NCBI GenBank assembly: GCA_050997675.1
Contig: JBPCQX010000217.1
Location: 1-17,004 of the forward strand
Source of the DNA: Solirubrobacteraceae bacterium
Lineage (GTDB): Bacteria > Actinomycetota > Thermoleophilia > Solirubrobacterales > Solirubrobacteraceae
DNA: 17,004 nucleotides
Direction: 5' to 3'
Made by a program: the position numbers and the translations under genes. The notes under the pieces were generated by a model. It was not told the origin of the DNA and made no database searches. It saw nothing but the letters and a program-made list of their open reading frames with translations. Shown in pieces: positions 1-7,687 of the stretch; within the stretch, counting starts at the first letter, position 1, and each line of letters opens with the position of its first letter.

Positions 1-314
1 CACCTCTACCGAATCAAATACCAGCAAGCCGACCCGGACACCATCGACGAGGAGGTCACAGCCGCCTAAACTCACCAGCGGGAACCTGAACCGCGCGCGA
101 ATCTACAGCGGTAAATGGACGCGACCGGCGTCGGGCAGTCGCGCCTGCTTCGAGCGCGCTGCAAGTCTTCGAGGAGACACTTTCACAGTGAAGCTCCGTG
201 TCGAAAGCTGGGCAGTCAAGAACGTGGATGACGGCGGCGACGAAGGTCCTCAGAACCGTGACGGCGCGAGCGTCGTCACTTGCTCGCAGCTATGCCGGCG
301 GCGCTCGCCGCTGA

Positions 315-739
315 TCAGCCGGAAAGTCCCGCCGACACGAGTACCGAAGCGATTGTGTTGACGAACATCCCCAGCGCCATCCCGGGTCCTTCGGCCAGCA
401 GGCCGCCGAAGAGCACGCGGCGGCGGAAGCGAGCCCGCCAACGCCGCCCCAGACTCCGATCGCGGTGTTGCGGTCCCTTTCCCTCCGTGAATGATGTGGT
501 GAGGATCGAGAGGGCGGTCCGGAGCATCATCGTGGCACCGTTGCCTTGCGCGAAGCGGGCGCCGACCAGCACCCCCCCGCGCTTCCGGCGGGCCCTCCGA
601 TAAACGACGAGGCGCCGAGCAGCACCGTTCCGACCCCGAGGACGCGGCGGCGGCCGAGCAGATCGGCGGCGCCGCCCAGCAGCATGAATCCGCCCTAGGT
701 CAACAGGTAGGCCTCGACTGCCCAGACCAGGCCCTGCAT
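315..739 (-). pseudogene. Decayed, 5'-truncated MFS (DHA2/EmrB-QacA-like) efflux transporter remnant
   Basis: Minus-strand translation must hop frames to stay sensible. The pieces are MQGLVWAVEAYLLT*GGFMLLGGAADLLGRRRVLGVGTVLLGASSFIGG, then VLVGARFAQGNGATMMLRTALSILTTSFTEG, then ERDRNTAIGVWGGVGGLASAAA, then VLFGGLLAEGPGMALGMFVNTIAS. Joined, they follow the TM2-TM6 pattern of drug-efflux MFS proteins. There is an in-frame TAG at 695-697, a frame change at the C7 run 572-578, and at least two more shifts (about 473-486 and 412-425). The N-terminal 50-60 codons are missing: similarity stops at 739, where the AT-rich promoter starts. The 3' limit is uncertain and may continue toward ~250. Confidence 0.6.
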
Positions 740-744
740 AGGTC

Positions 745-778
745 TTGCGGAACCAGGACACTATATATAGACTATAAT
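745..778 (+). promoter_or_regulatory. Candidate promoter of the hydrolase operon, overlapped by a perfect 10-bp palindrome
   Basis: This is the only strongly AT-rich patch in the left half. TTGCGG (745-750) is followed after 17 bp by TAGACT (768-773), and TATAAT sits at 773-778. CTATATATAG (761-770) is a perfect palindrome lying across the -10 region, 30-40 bp upstream of the GTG at 808. Confidence 0.35.
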
Positions 779-807
779 GAGCCTCAGGCATCCAGCCGCG
801 TTGATCT

Positions 808-1554
808 GTGTCGACGCCCCGAAAGGACGGTTCCTTGAACACCACCCATCTTGAGACCAAGGAGCTGGTGTGTGCGGCGGACCCCTGGGATTTCGCGTTT
901 GACCCTGTGCACACCGCGGTGCTCGTCATCGACATGCAGAATGACTTCTGCGCGATCGGAGGCTACTGCCACGCCTACATGGCCAAGCAGGGGATCGGCG
1001 ACGCAGCAATTGCGCTGCTCCGCGAGCCGCTAGAGCCGCTTGCCAATGTGCTCGACGCCGCGCGAGTGGCTGGGATTCCGGTGATCTATACCGTCGAGGC
1101 GCATTGGCCTGATCTTGCGGACGTCCCTTCTAACAAAATGCAAGGCACCGTCAAGGTCGGAGCGCCGATCGGCAGTAACGGGCCGCTCGGCCGCCTACTC
1201 ATTCGGGGTGAGCGCGGGTCCGCGATCGTCGACGAGCTAGCTCCTCGCCCCGGAGAGCACGTGGTCCAGAAGCCGGGAAAGGGAGCCTTCTTTGCCACCG
1301 ATCTTGACCACATCCTGCGCAACCAGGGCGTTACGCACCTCATCATCACTGGCGTGACGACGGACTGCTGCGTGCTCGCGACCCGGATGGAGGCACGCGA
1401 CCGCGGTTACCACACGTTACAGCTCGAGGATTGCTGTGCAGCCACGCAACGAAAGAACCATGACGCTGTATTCGCAATGATCCGGACACATCCCGAGGCG
1501 TTCGGGCTCATGTCCTCCTCTCAGGCGCTCCTCTTCGCGCTCGGCGAGGCGTGA
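808..1554 (+). CDS. Isochorismatase-family cysteine hydrolase, biuret-amidohydrolase (BiuH)-like candidate
   Basis: 248-aa ORF with family motifs VLVIDMQNDF (catalytic Asp region), KPGKGAFFATDL (Lys) and ITGVTTDCCV (nucleophile Cys). From memory, the blocks HWPDLADVPSNK, GRLLIRGERGS and LQLEDCCAAT resemble biuret-hydrolase-type members. It sits 4 nt upstream of allophanate hydrolase. An alternative start is GTG 868, after AAGGAG at 859-864. Confidence 0.88.
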   Translation: MSTPRKDGSLNTTHLETKELVCAADPWDFAFDPVHTAVLVIDMQNDFCAIGGYCHAYMAKQGIGDAAIALLREPLEPLANVLDAARVAGIPVIYTVEAHWPDLADVPSNKMQGTVKVGAPIGSNGPLGRLLIRGERGSAIVDELAPRPGEHVVQKPGKGAFFATDLDHILRNQGVTHLIITGVTTDCCVLATRMEARDRGYHTLQLEDCCAATQRKNHDAVFAMIRTHPEAFGLMSSSQALLFALGEA

Positions 1555-1558
1555 GACG

Positions 1559-3394
1559 ATGGACGGGCTCGACCTCGCCACCCTGGCGTCCGGGTACCGC
1601 GACGGGAAACTAACCGTCTCGGCCGTCATTGACGAGGTGCTTGCTCGGATCAGCGCTGCCGGCGACGACCACGTGTGGATCTCGCGGATTCCCGAGCACG
1701 AGCTGCGAAGAAGGGCCCACGAACTGCAGCGGATGCTTGAGGCGCAACGCACCAACGCGCTGCCGCCTCTCTTCGGTGCGCCGTTCGCGGTTAAGGACAG
1801 CATCGACGTTGCAGGACTGCCTACCACAGCGGCCTGCCCCGCCTTCACCTACGAACCGTCGAAGTCGGCACCGATCGTCGAGCGTCTGCTACGCGCAGGG
1901 GCTATCTGCGTAGGCAAGACGAATCTCGACCAGTTCGCCAGCGGTCTGGTAGGAGTCCGTAGCCCCTACGGCGTCAGCCGCAATCCATTTGATGAGCGTT
2001 ACATCCCAGGCGGCTCGAGCTCTGGCTCCGCGGTCGCGGTGAGCTCCGGCCTAGTGAGTTTTAGCCTCGGCACCGATGCCGCCGGGTCGGGCCGTGTGCC
2101 CGCCGCACTGACGAATATCGTCGGCCTAAAGCCGACGCGTGGCCTGCTGAGTACCGACGGCTGCGTCCCAGCGTGCCGCTCGATTGATTGCCCCTCGATT
2201 CTAGCGTCGTCGGTAGGTGAGGCTTGGCGAGTACTGGACACCGCTGCGGGATTCATTGAGCATGACCCATATTCGCGACCTGATACCCGCCAGCCATCGG
2301 ACATCTCGGCCACCGGCGCGTTTCGTTTCGGTGTCCCGGCAGAGGCTGACCTCTTCTTCGACGACGACCGCGAGGCGCAGCGCCTCTTCCAAGAGGCAGT
2401 GGCGCTCCTCGAGTACCTAGGCGGCTCGTGCGTAAAGATCGACTTCGCTCCGTTCCGCGCCGCCGCGACGTTGCTCTATGAGGGGCCTTGGGTGGCTGAC
2501 CGACTCGCCCCGTTGCAGGCATTCCTCAAGGAGTGCACCGATGACGTGCAACCCGTGACTCGCGCGATCCTCACTGGCGGCGAGCGCTACAGCGCGGTCG
2601 ACGCGTACGCGGGCCTGCACGAGCTAACGGTGCTTAAGCGTTCGACGTCTCGCGAGCTTGGCCTAGTTGACGCCCTCGTCCTGCCGACAACACCGACCAC
2701 ATACACAGTTGCCGAGGTCCGCGCTGACCCGCTTGAGCTTAACCGTCGACTAGGTCACTACACCAACTTCGTCAACCTGCTCGACCTCTCGGCTCTCGCG
2801 GTACCCAACGGCTTCCGCGACGACGGCCTACCGATGGGCATCACTCTCGTCGGACCAGCCTTCCATGACGCCACACTCGCCGTGCTCGGCCGCCGCTTTC
2901 ATCTCGCGCGCGGCAGCAGATCCGGTGCACTCAACAGACCGATCCCCGACCTTGAGATCCCCGGCGATCACACGGCGCAGTCCGGCACGCTCAATCTCGC
3001 CGTTGCCGGTGCCCATCTCTCGGGCGAGTCCATGAACTGGGAGTTCAACGTACTTGGGGCGTCGCTTGTGCGGAGTACGCGCACCGCGGCGGAATACTGC
3101 CTCGTGGCGCTCCCGGACTTCGACCCGCCACGACCGGGGCTAGTGCGCGTGGGACCGGACCGCGGATCCTCGATCGAAGTCGAGGTCTGGTCCATCCCGC
3201 TCGGAGCCTTTGGCGGGTTCGCCGCTGCGATACCTGCTCCGCTGCTGATCGGAACGGTCATCCTCGCGGACGGCACGAGCATCAAAGGCTTTCTCTGCGA
3301 AGAGTACGCAACAACCAATGGCGTCGACATTACCCACCTAGGAGGTTGGCGCAGCTACGCGCCACGCAACGCCACATCGGTGAATTCGAACTAG
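1559..3394 (+). CDS. atzF: Allophanate hydrolase (amidase-signature domain plus AtzF-type C-terminal domain)
   Basis: 611 aa. The amidase-signature elements are GAPFAVKDSIDVAG (Lys) and GGSSSGSAVAVSSG (Ser-cisSer). The C-terminal ~150 aa read LAVAGAHLSGESMNWEF...IEVEVWSIPLGAFGGFAAAIPAPLLIGTVILADGTSIKGFLCE...GGWRSY, which is characteristic of the allophanate hydrolase C-terminal domain. Confidence 0.92.
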   Translation: MDGLDLATLASGYRDGKLTVSAVIDEVLARISAAGDDHVWISRIPEHELRRRAHELQRMLEAQRTNALPPLFGAPFAVKDSIDVAGLPTTAACPAFTYEPSKSAPIVERLLRAGAICVGKTNLDQFASGLVGVRSPYGVSRNPFDERYIPGGSSSGSAVAVSSGLVSFSLGTDAAGSGRVPAALTNIVGLKPTRGLLSTDGCVPACRSIDCPSILASSVGEAWRVLDTAAGFIEHDPYSRPDTRQPSDISATGAFRFGVPAEADLFFDDDREAQRLFQEAVALLEYLGGSCVKIDFAPFRAAATLLYEGPWVADRLAPLQAFLKECTDDVQPVTRAILTGGERYSAVDAYAGLHELTVLKRSTSRELGLVDALVLPTTPTTYTVAEVRADPLELNRRLGHYTNFVNLLDLSALAVPNGFRDDGLPMGITLVGPAFHDATLAVLGRRFHLARGSRSGALNRPIPDLEIPGDHTAQSGTLNLAVAGAHLSGESMNWEFNVLGASLVRSTRTAAEYCLVALPDFDPPRPGLVRVGPDRGSSIEVEVWSIPLGAFGGFAAAIPAPLLIGTVILADGTSIKGFLCEEYATTNGVDITHLGGWRSYAPRNATSVNSN

Positions 3395-3456
3395 CGCCTG
3401 CCGCGAGTTGCGCGCGGTTTGGCGGTCAGTTGTTGACTGCACCCAGTGATTTCCCC

Positions 3457-3465
3457 AAGGAGGAG
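3457..3465 (+). promoter_or_regulatory. Shine-Dalgarno site for the permease
   Basis: AAGGAGGAG ends 4 nt before ATG 3470. This favours 3470 over the upstream ORF-track start at 3446. Confidence 0.6.
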
Positions 3466-3469
3466 AGCC

Positions 3470-4807
3470 ATGGCCACTACCAAGGAGCACGATCATCTCG
3501 GTGGTATCGAACTCGAGGCTGAGTTTGAGCGCGAGCCGGTTCCACCCGCCCACCGCAAATCGCTGCGAACGGTCGCCGCGGTCTGGTTCGGTTTCCCGAT
3601 GATCCTCACCTGCGCAGTCTTCGGTGGCGTCCTGTCGGCGCTGATGGGCTTTCAGCGCGCAGTGCTGGCAATCGTTGTCGGCAACCTCGTTCTATTCTGT
3701 TACGTTGGCGCTCTGAGCTACTTCGCCGGTCGGACAGGACGTAACTTCGCGTTGCAGGCAAAGCATGTATTTGGTGATCTTGGCTACTTGCTGGCGGCCG
3801 GATTTCTCTCCACGATCGTCATCGGCTGGTTCGCTTTCAACAGCGGCTTGACTGGGGCAACGATGAAGGAGACGTTCGGTTGGACAGAATGGCTGGTGAC
3901 CCTCCTGGCGTGCATCGGCTTCGTTCTAATCACATTCATCGGCGTACGCGCCCTAGCGGTGCTGGGTCTGATCGCCGCCCCCTTGTTCCTGGTTGTGGCC
4001 ATCATCGCGCTCATCATTGCATCCAAGACTGTGACGCTCTCCAGCCTCTGGAACTACAAAGGGGTGACATCTAACCCGGGCGCGTTCAGTCTCGGTGCTG
4101 GTATCACGCTTGTAGTGGCGACATTCGCGGACTCGGGCACGATGACCGCTGACTTCACGCGCTGGGCAAAGGACGGACGTCAGGCGGTTCTCGCTTCCGC
4201 CACTGCGTTCCCCCTCGGCAACTTCCTTGCGTTTATCGCGGGCGCGATTGTCGTTGCCATGGGCGCGATCAGCAACCCAGCCACCGCCGGCGGCAACTTC
4301 GTAGTGCTGTTGGCGAAAGGCCACGGCAGCGTCCTGACGGTACTGGCGGTCCTATTCGTCTTCATCAGCCTCGGGTCGGTTTCCTCGCATTGTCTGTACA
4401 ACGGTGCGGTCGGCTGGAGCAACCTCCTCCATACCCGCATGCGCGTCATGTGCATCATCCTGGGCGTGATCGGGACAATCGCCGCGACGGCCGGAGTTTG
4501 GAGCCACTTCTTGTCCTGGCTTAACATTCTTGGGGTCTTCGTACCCCCGATCGGCGGAGTAATTATCGCCCACCAGATCTTGGCAGCCGTCAAACCCGAG
4601 CGCGCGCTGGAGACCCTGGCGGTGCGACCGATCGCGTTCATGGCATACGCGTGCGGCGCGGCGGTGGCAGGCGTGTTGCACTACCTTGCGCCCCAGGGAG
4701 CAGAGGCACTCGCGGGCATGGTGATCGGCGCCGCCGCCTTCGTTGGGCTCACGCTCGCGATGCGACGGTCCCCGGTCGCCAGCGTGCCCGGCGTGCAAAT
4801 CAAGTGA
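3470..4807 (+). CDS. NCS1-type (purine-cytosine/CodB-like) permease
   Basis: About 445 aa from ATG 3470. The protein is almost entirely hydrophobic with about 12 predicted TM segments and a short polar N-terminus. Overall layout is typical of cytosine/purine/ureide permeases, and it is embedded in an amidohydrolase operon. The family call is from pattern only. Confidence 0.8.
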   Translation: MATTKEHDHLGGIELEAEFEREPVPPAHRKSLRTVAAVWFGFPMILTCAVFGGVLSALMGFQRAVLAIVVGNLVLFCYVGALSYFAGRTGRNFALQAKHVFGDLGYLLAAGFLSTIVIGWFAFNSGLTGATMKETFGWTEWLVTLLACIGFVLITFIGVRALAVLGLIAAPLFLVVAIIALIIASKTVTLSSLWNYKGVTSNPGAFSLGAGITLVVATFADSGTMTADFTRWAKDGRQAVLASATAFPLGNFLAFIAGAIVVAMGAISNPATAGGNFVVLLAKGHGSVLTVLAVLFVFISLGSVSSHCLYNGAVGWSNLLHTRMRVMCIILGVIGTIAATAGVWSHFLSWLNILGVFVPPIGGVIIAHQILAAVKPERALETLAVRPIAFMAYACGAAVAGVLHYLAPQGAEALAGMVIGAAAFVGLTLAMRRSPVASVPGVQIK

Positions 4808-4825
4808 ACGAGGAAGGCAAAACAA

Positions 4826-6307
4826 ATGCCCGCAAGCGCATCCGATCGAGGGCAGGAGCTTTGGCGGCTGAGCGCGCGCGCCCAAGCCAGGCTCGTCGCG
4901 CGCCACGAGGTGTCGCCAACCGAGGTCGTGCAGGCCGCTCTCGATCGGATGGAGCTCGTAGAGCCACAGATTCACGCATTCTCGACCTCAGCCGCTGAGG
5001 CGGCGCTTAAGGAGGCAGGCCGGCAAGAGGAGGCTATTGCCGCCGGTGTCGAGCTCGGACCGCTGACCGGAGTCCCGGTCGGGGTGAAGGATCTCATCGC
5101 GACGAAGGACCTGCGCACGACCGGCGGATCGGCGGCGTACCGTGACTTCGTTCCGGACGAAGACGATGTTGTCGTCGAGCGCTTGCGGGCCGCAGGTGCA
5201 ATCGTAATCGGTAAAACAAACGTACCGGAGTTCGGCTACAGCGGCGTCGGACACAACCCCGTGCACCAAACGACGAGGAATCCGTGGGACGTGCGGATGA
5301 CGTCCGGGGGTTCGAGCGCAGGCTCGGGCGCCGCGGTAGCCGCCGGCATCTGTCCGTTCGCCCTCGGGAGCGACGGCGGCGGGTCGGTCCGGATTCCCGC
5401 GGCACATTGCGGATTGGTAGGCGTCAAGGCGTCGATGGGGCGCGTGCCGCTCTACCCAGGATGCCGCGACGAGCGTTACCCCGGGCTCTCGAGTTGGGAG
5501 TCTCTCGAACATATTGGCCCGCTCAGCCGAACGATCGAAGACGCGGCGCTCATGCTGAGCATCATCGCCGGCCCTGACTCCCGCGACCGCCACAGCATCC
5601 CATGCGACGATGTCGAGTGGCTCGCCGCGGTGGAGCGGCCCGTGCGGGGGCTCCGGATCGCGTGGTGCCCTGATTTCGGCTACGTGGCTGTCGATCCAGA
5701 GGTGCGCCGTCTCGTCGCAGATGCTGTCCTGGTACTTGCCGACGCAGTCGGGGGTGAAGTCGAGGAATGCGCTCCCGGATGGGACGACCCATTCGACGCG
5801 TTCTGGGGGGTCGTCGCCCTGGACACGGACCTTCGCGGCATGCGCCAGCTCATCGGAGAACACCGGCACGAGATGACGCCACATCTCGTCGAGTTTCTTG
5901 AGAACCCGTGGACGGCCGAGCAGCTCACCGACGCGGTCCGCGGCCGAAAAGCGCTCGTCAACAAGATGTGGCAGTTCATGCAATGCTACGATCTATTGGT
6001 CACGCCGACGCTCACCGTCCCGCCGTTTCCGGTTCACATGCAGGGTCCGGAGAAGGTCGACGGACGGATAGTCAGTCCGTTTGCCTGGCTGTCGTTCACG
6101 CTTCCGATCAACCTCACCGGCCAACCAGCCGCCTCGGTACCTGCAGGCTGGACTGGCGATCGGCTGCCGGTCGGCATGCAGATCGTCGGCCGCCACTTAG
6201 CTGATGAAATGGTGCTGGCGGCAGCCGCGGCGTACCAGCGCTCGGCCGATTGGACCGCGCGCTGGCCCGAACTCGGGGAGACCCCAACCCCACGAGTCGT
6301 CCGATAG
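4826..6307 (+). CDS. Amidase-signature family amidase (substrate unknown)
   Basis: 493 aa with GVPVGVKDLIATKD (catalytic Lys), GGSSAGSGAAVAAG (Ser-cisSer) and GSDGGGSVRIPA. A GAGGAAGG-like RBS lies about 10 nt upstream of the ATG. Confidence 0.9.
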   Translation: MPASASDRGQELWRLSARAQARLVARHEVSPTEVVQAALDRMELVEPQIHAFSTSAAEAALKEAGRQEEAIAAGVELGPLTGVPVGVKDLIATKDLRTTGGSAAYRDFVPDEDDVVVERLRAAGAIVIGKTNVPEFGYSGVGHNPVHQTTRNPWDVRMTSGGSSAGSGAAVAAGICPFALGSDGGGSVRIPAAHCGLVGVKASMGRVPLYPGCRDERYPGLSSWESLEHIGPLSRTIEDAALMLSIIAGPDSRDRHSIPCDDVEWLAAVERPVRGLRIAWCPDFGYVAVDPEVRRLVADAVLVLADAVGGEVEECAPGWDDPFDAFWGVVALDTDLRGMRQLIGEHRHEMTPHLVEFLENPWTAEQLTDAVRGRKALVNKMWQFMQCYDLLVTPTLTVPPFPVHMQGPEKVDGRIVSPFAWLSFTLPINLTGQPAASVPAGWTGDRLPVGMQIVGRHLADEMVLAAAAAYQRSADWTARWPELGETPTPRVVR

Positions 6308-6371
6308 CCGACGGACAGAGCGGCCAGCCGAAAGGTCCTGGCATGCAGCGCCGACTGAACCAAAGCAGAGG

Positions 6372-7028
6372 TCAGATGCCCGAGCGGGCAGCCATCGTCC
6401 TGCGGTAGCCGTCGCGAACGATGCGCTCGGTCTCAGCGAAATGCTCAGTCAGCGCCCTGCCGAGAATGTCGGGCACGCCAGTCTCGTAAGCCTCCATCAG
6501 CGTGCGGTGCATCCACAACGCGTCATCCGGCGAACCGAAGCGCGTCACGAAGAGGCGGACGTATCGCTCGCTGGCCTGCCACAGCGACTCGAGTATGCGC
6601 TGGCCCCATGGGGTGGAGCCGGCCGCGATCAGCGCTCGATGCAGCTCGCGGTGGGCCTCCCAATACTCCACGGACCCGGTATCGCTCGCGGCCTTCTCCA
6701 AACACCCGAATGCCTTGCGGACGAGCGCAAGATCAGCGGCCGTTGAGCGCTCCACCGCTCGACGAGCAGTTGGAACCTCCACCATAGTTCGCAGCTCGTA
6801 GATTGCCGACAGCTCCTCGACTGTCACCGCCGCCACCTCCGGCTTACGTCGCGGTGGCGCGACGATGAGCCCTTCGATCTCTAGCTGGCGCAGCGCCTCG
6901 CGAATCGGAATGTGGCTGACCCCCAATTGCTCCGCCAGCGAGCGAACGTCAAGCGGTTCGCCGGGAGGCATCTCGCCGGTCAGGATCGCGTCGCGGAGAG
7001 CCGCCAAGACCGCCGCTACCGCACTCAT
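6372..7028 (-). CDS. GntR-family transcriptional regulator with FCD (FadR C-terminal) ligand domain
   Basis: The N-terminal wHTH reads ILTGEMPPGEPLDVRSLAEQLGVSHIPIREALRQLEIEGLIV, followed by an all-helical C-terminal domain. The ORF track starts at GTG 7070. ATG 7028 (MSAVAAVLAALRD...) gives the usual short N-terminus, so it is preferred here. Confidence 0.88.
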   Translation of the reverse strand: MSAVAAVLAALRDAILTGEMPPGEPLDVRSLAEQLGVSHIPIREALRQLEIEGLIVAPPRRKPEVAAVTVEELSAIYELRTMVEVPTARRAVERSTAADLALVRKAFGCLEKAASDTGSVEYWEAHRELHRALIAAGSTPWGQRILESLWQASERYVRLFVTRFGSPDDALWMHRTLMEAYETGVPDILGRALTEHFAETERIVRDGYRRTMAARSGI

Positions 7029-7229
7029 CGTCTCGATTCGGTTCAACCGCTTGCTCCGATTTATGGGCACAACCAGGATGCGATCAAATGATAGGTGTCA
7101 GGCGCCCGGACGTCCGCTCTGATGGTGACCAACGCGTTTTTGGCCGATGCGGAAGTCTGACTGCCCAACGGCCCCTTCAACACCTATCGCGATGGGAACG
7201 CCTCCCGCGCGGCCGTCCGTCCTTGCCGA

Positions 7230-7249
7230 CAGCCCGGCTGTCCGGGCTG
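7230..7249. repeat. GC-rich hairpin (8-bp stem, 4-nt loop)
   Basis: CAGCCCGG ctgt CCGGGCTG. It shares the 11-mer CAGCCCGGCTG with the hairpin at 7345-7361. Confidence 0.5.
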
Positions 7250-7283
7250 AGCGCGGAGGTTGACGGCGCACATCAGCTCCCTG

Positions 7284-7297
7284 GTTTGCCGGCAAAC
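7284..7297. repeat. Perfect 14-bp palindrome GTTTGCCGGCAAAC
   Basis: The sequence equals its own reverse complement. It lies in the non-coding spacer between the GntR gene and the toxin gene. Confidence 0.5.
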
Positions 7298-7344
7298 GAG
7301 GGAATCGACTCGCACTGACCGCAAGCTCCTTCGCGCGGAATCGG

Positions 7345-7361
7345 GGCCAGCCCGGCTGGCC
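7345..7361 (-). terminator. Hairpin about 30 nt downstream of the toxin stop; possible terminator of the TA pair
   Basis: GGCCAGC ccg GCTGGCC forms a 7-bp stem with a 3-nt loop. There is no clear U-tract, so terminator function is only inferred from position. Confidence 0.3.
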
Positions 7362-7390
7362 GACTGAAGGCGTGCCGGGTCGGTCGCCGG

Positions 7391-7685
7391 TCACGCGTCG
7401 CCGAGGATGTCATGCGCGCCGACCCGGCGCCAAACCACGTGGGGCTCGCCTGGCAGCACCTCGTCACCGTAGGCGAACGTCGCTCGGCCGTCCGGCGCGA
7501 ACGTGATCTCCCACACACCGGTTGAGCCCTGCACCCGCTTAACGCGCAGGCCAGGCGGGAATGACGGAGGATCGGCGCGCAACGCCGCGATGAACGTCGG
7601 CAGCATCTCCAAGAACGCCCGCTGAAGCTCGCGGCAAGCGGCGAAACTCGCGATCGAATCGCGGCAGCCGCTCGAATGTCGTCAC
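7391..7685 (-). pseudogene. RelE/ParE-superfamily toxin, apparently disrupted by a 1-nt frameshift
   Basis: A GTG at 7685 lies 2 nt after the antitoxin stop and opens VTTFERLPRFDREFRRLP..., which runs out of frame. The -1 frame continues ..ELQRAFLEMLPTFIAALRADPPSFPPGLRVKRVQGSTGVWEITFAPDGRATFAYGDEVLPGEPHVVWRRVGAHDILGDA to the stop at 7391. The span is 295 nt, which is 98 codons plus 1 nt. The junction is around 7627-7642. The joined sequence follows the RelE/ParE pattern: N-terminal F..D.kRL helix, then G..GvwE, then vv.rvG.Hd. Confidence 0.5.
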
Positions 7686-7687
7686 GT

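Noticed and set aside
1-69. An open plus-strand frame from the window edge to TAA 67-69 (..HLYRIKYQQADPDTIDEEVTAA)
   Set aside because: It may be the 3' end of a gene that starts upstream of the window. Only 22 codons are visible, which is too few to support any call.
315-935. The 206-aa minus-strand ORF as an intact gene
   Set aside because: Only parts of it read like protein, namely one frame of the MFS remnant. The rest is Arg/Pro-rich nonsense. It runs through the AT-rich promoter and into the start of the hydrolase gene on the opposite strand.
4352-5983. Minus-strand ORFs 4352-4975 and 4988-5983 opposite the permease and amidase
   Set aside because: For the same reason, these are treated as low-complexity antisense translations of well-supported plus-strand genes.
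6308-6371. A convergent terminator between the amidase and GntR genes
   Set aside because: Only a weak 5-bp stem (GCCAG...CTGGC) with a 10-nt loop and no U-tract is present, which is not enough to annotate.
7084-7093. The 10-mer TCAAATGATA shared with 10665-10674
   Set aside because: Both copies contain a minus-strand TATCAT -10-like hexamer upstream of a minus-strand gene, so shared promoter character is the simplest explanation. A single 10-mer match in 17 kb is not statistically compelling as a repeat or TIR.
7291-7310. A tRNA 3'-end-like fragment on the minus strand (TCGATTCCCTCGTTTGCCG), possibly an att remnant
   Set aside because: It resembles a T-loop, T-stem and acceptor strand. However, the 5' half of the T-arm is absent, there is no CCA, and the supposed acceptor strand is simply half of the 14-bp palindrome. 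It is too short to separate from chance. It is worth revisiting only if the other end of the element abuts a tRNA gene.
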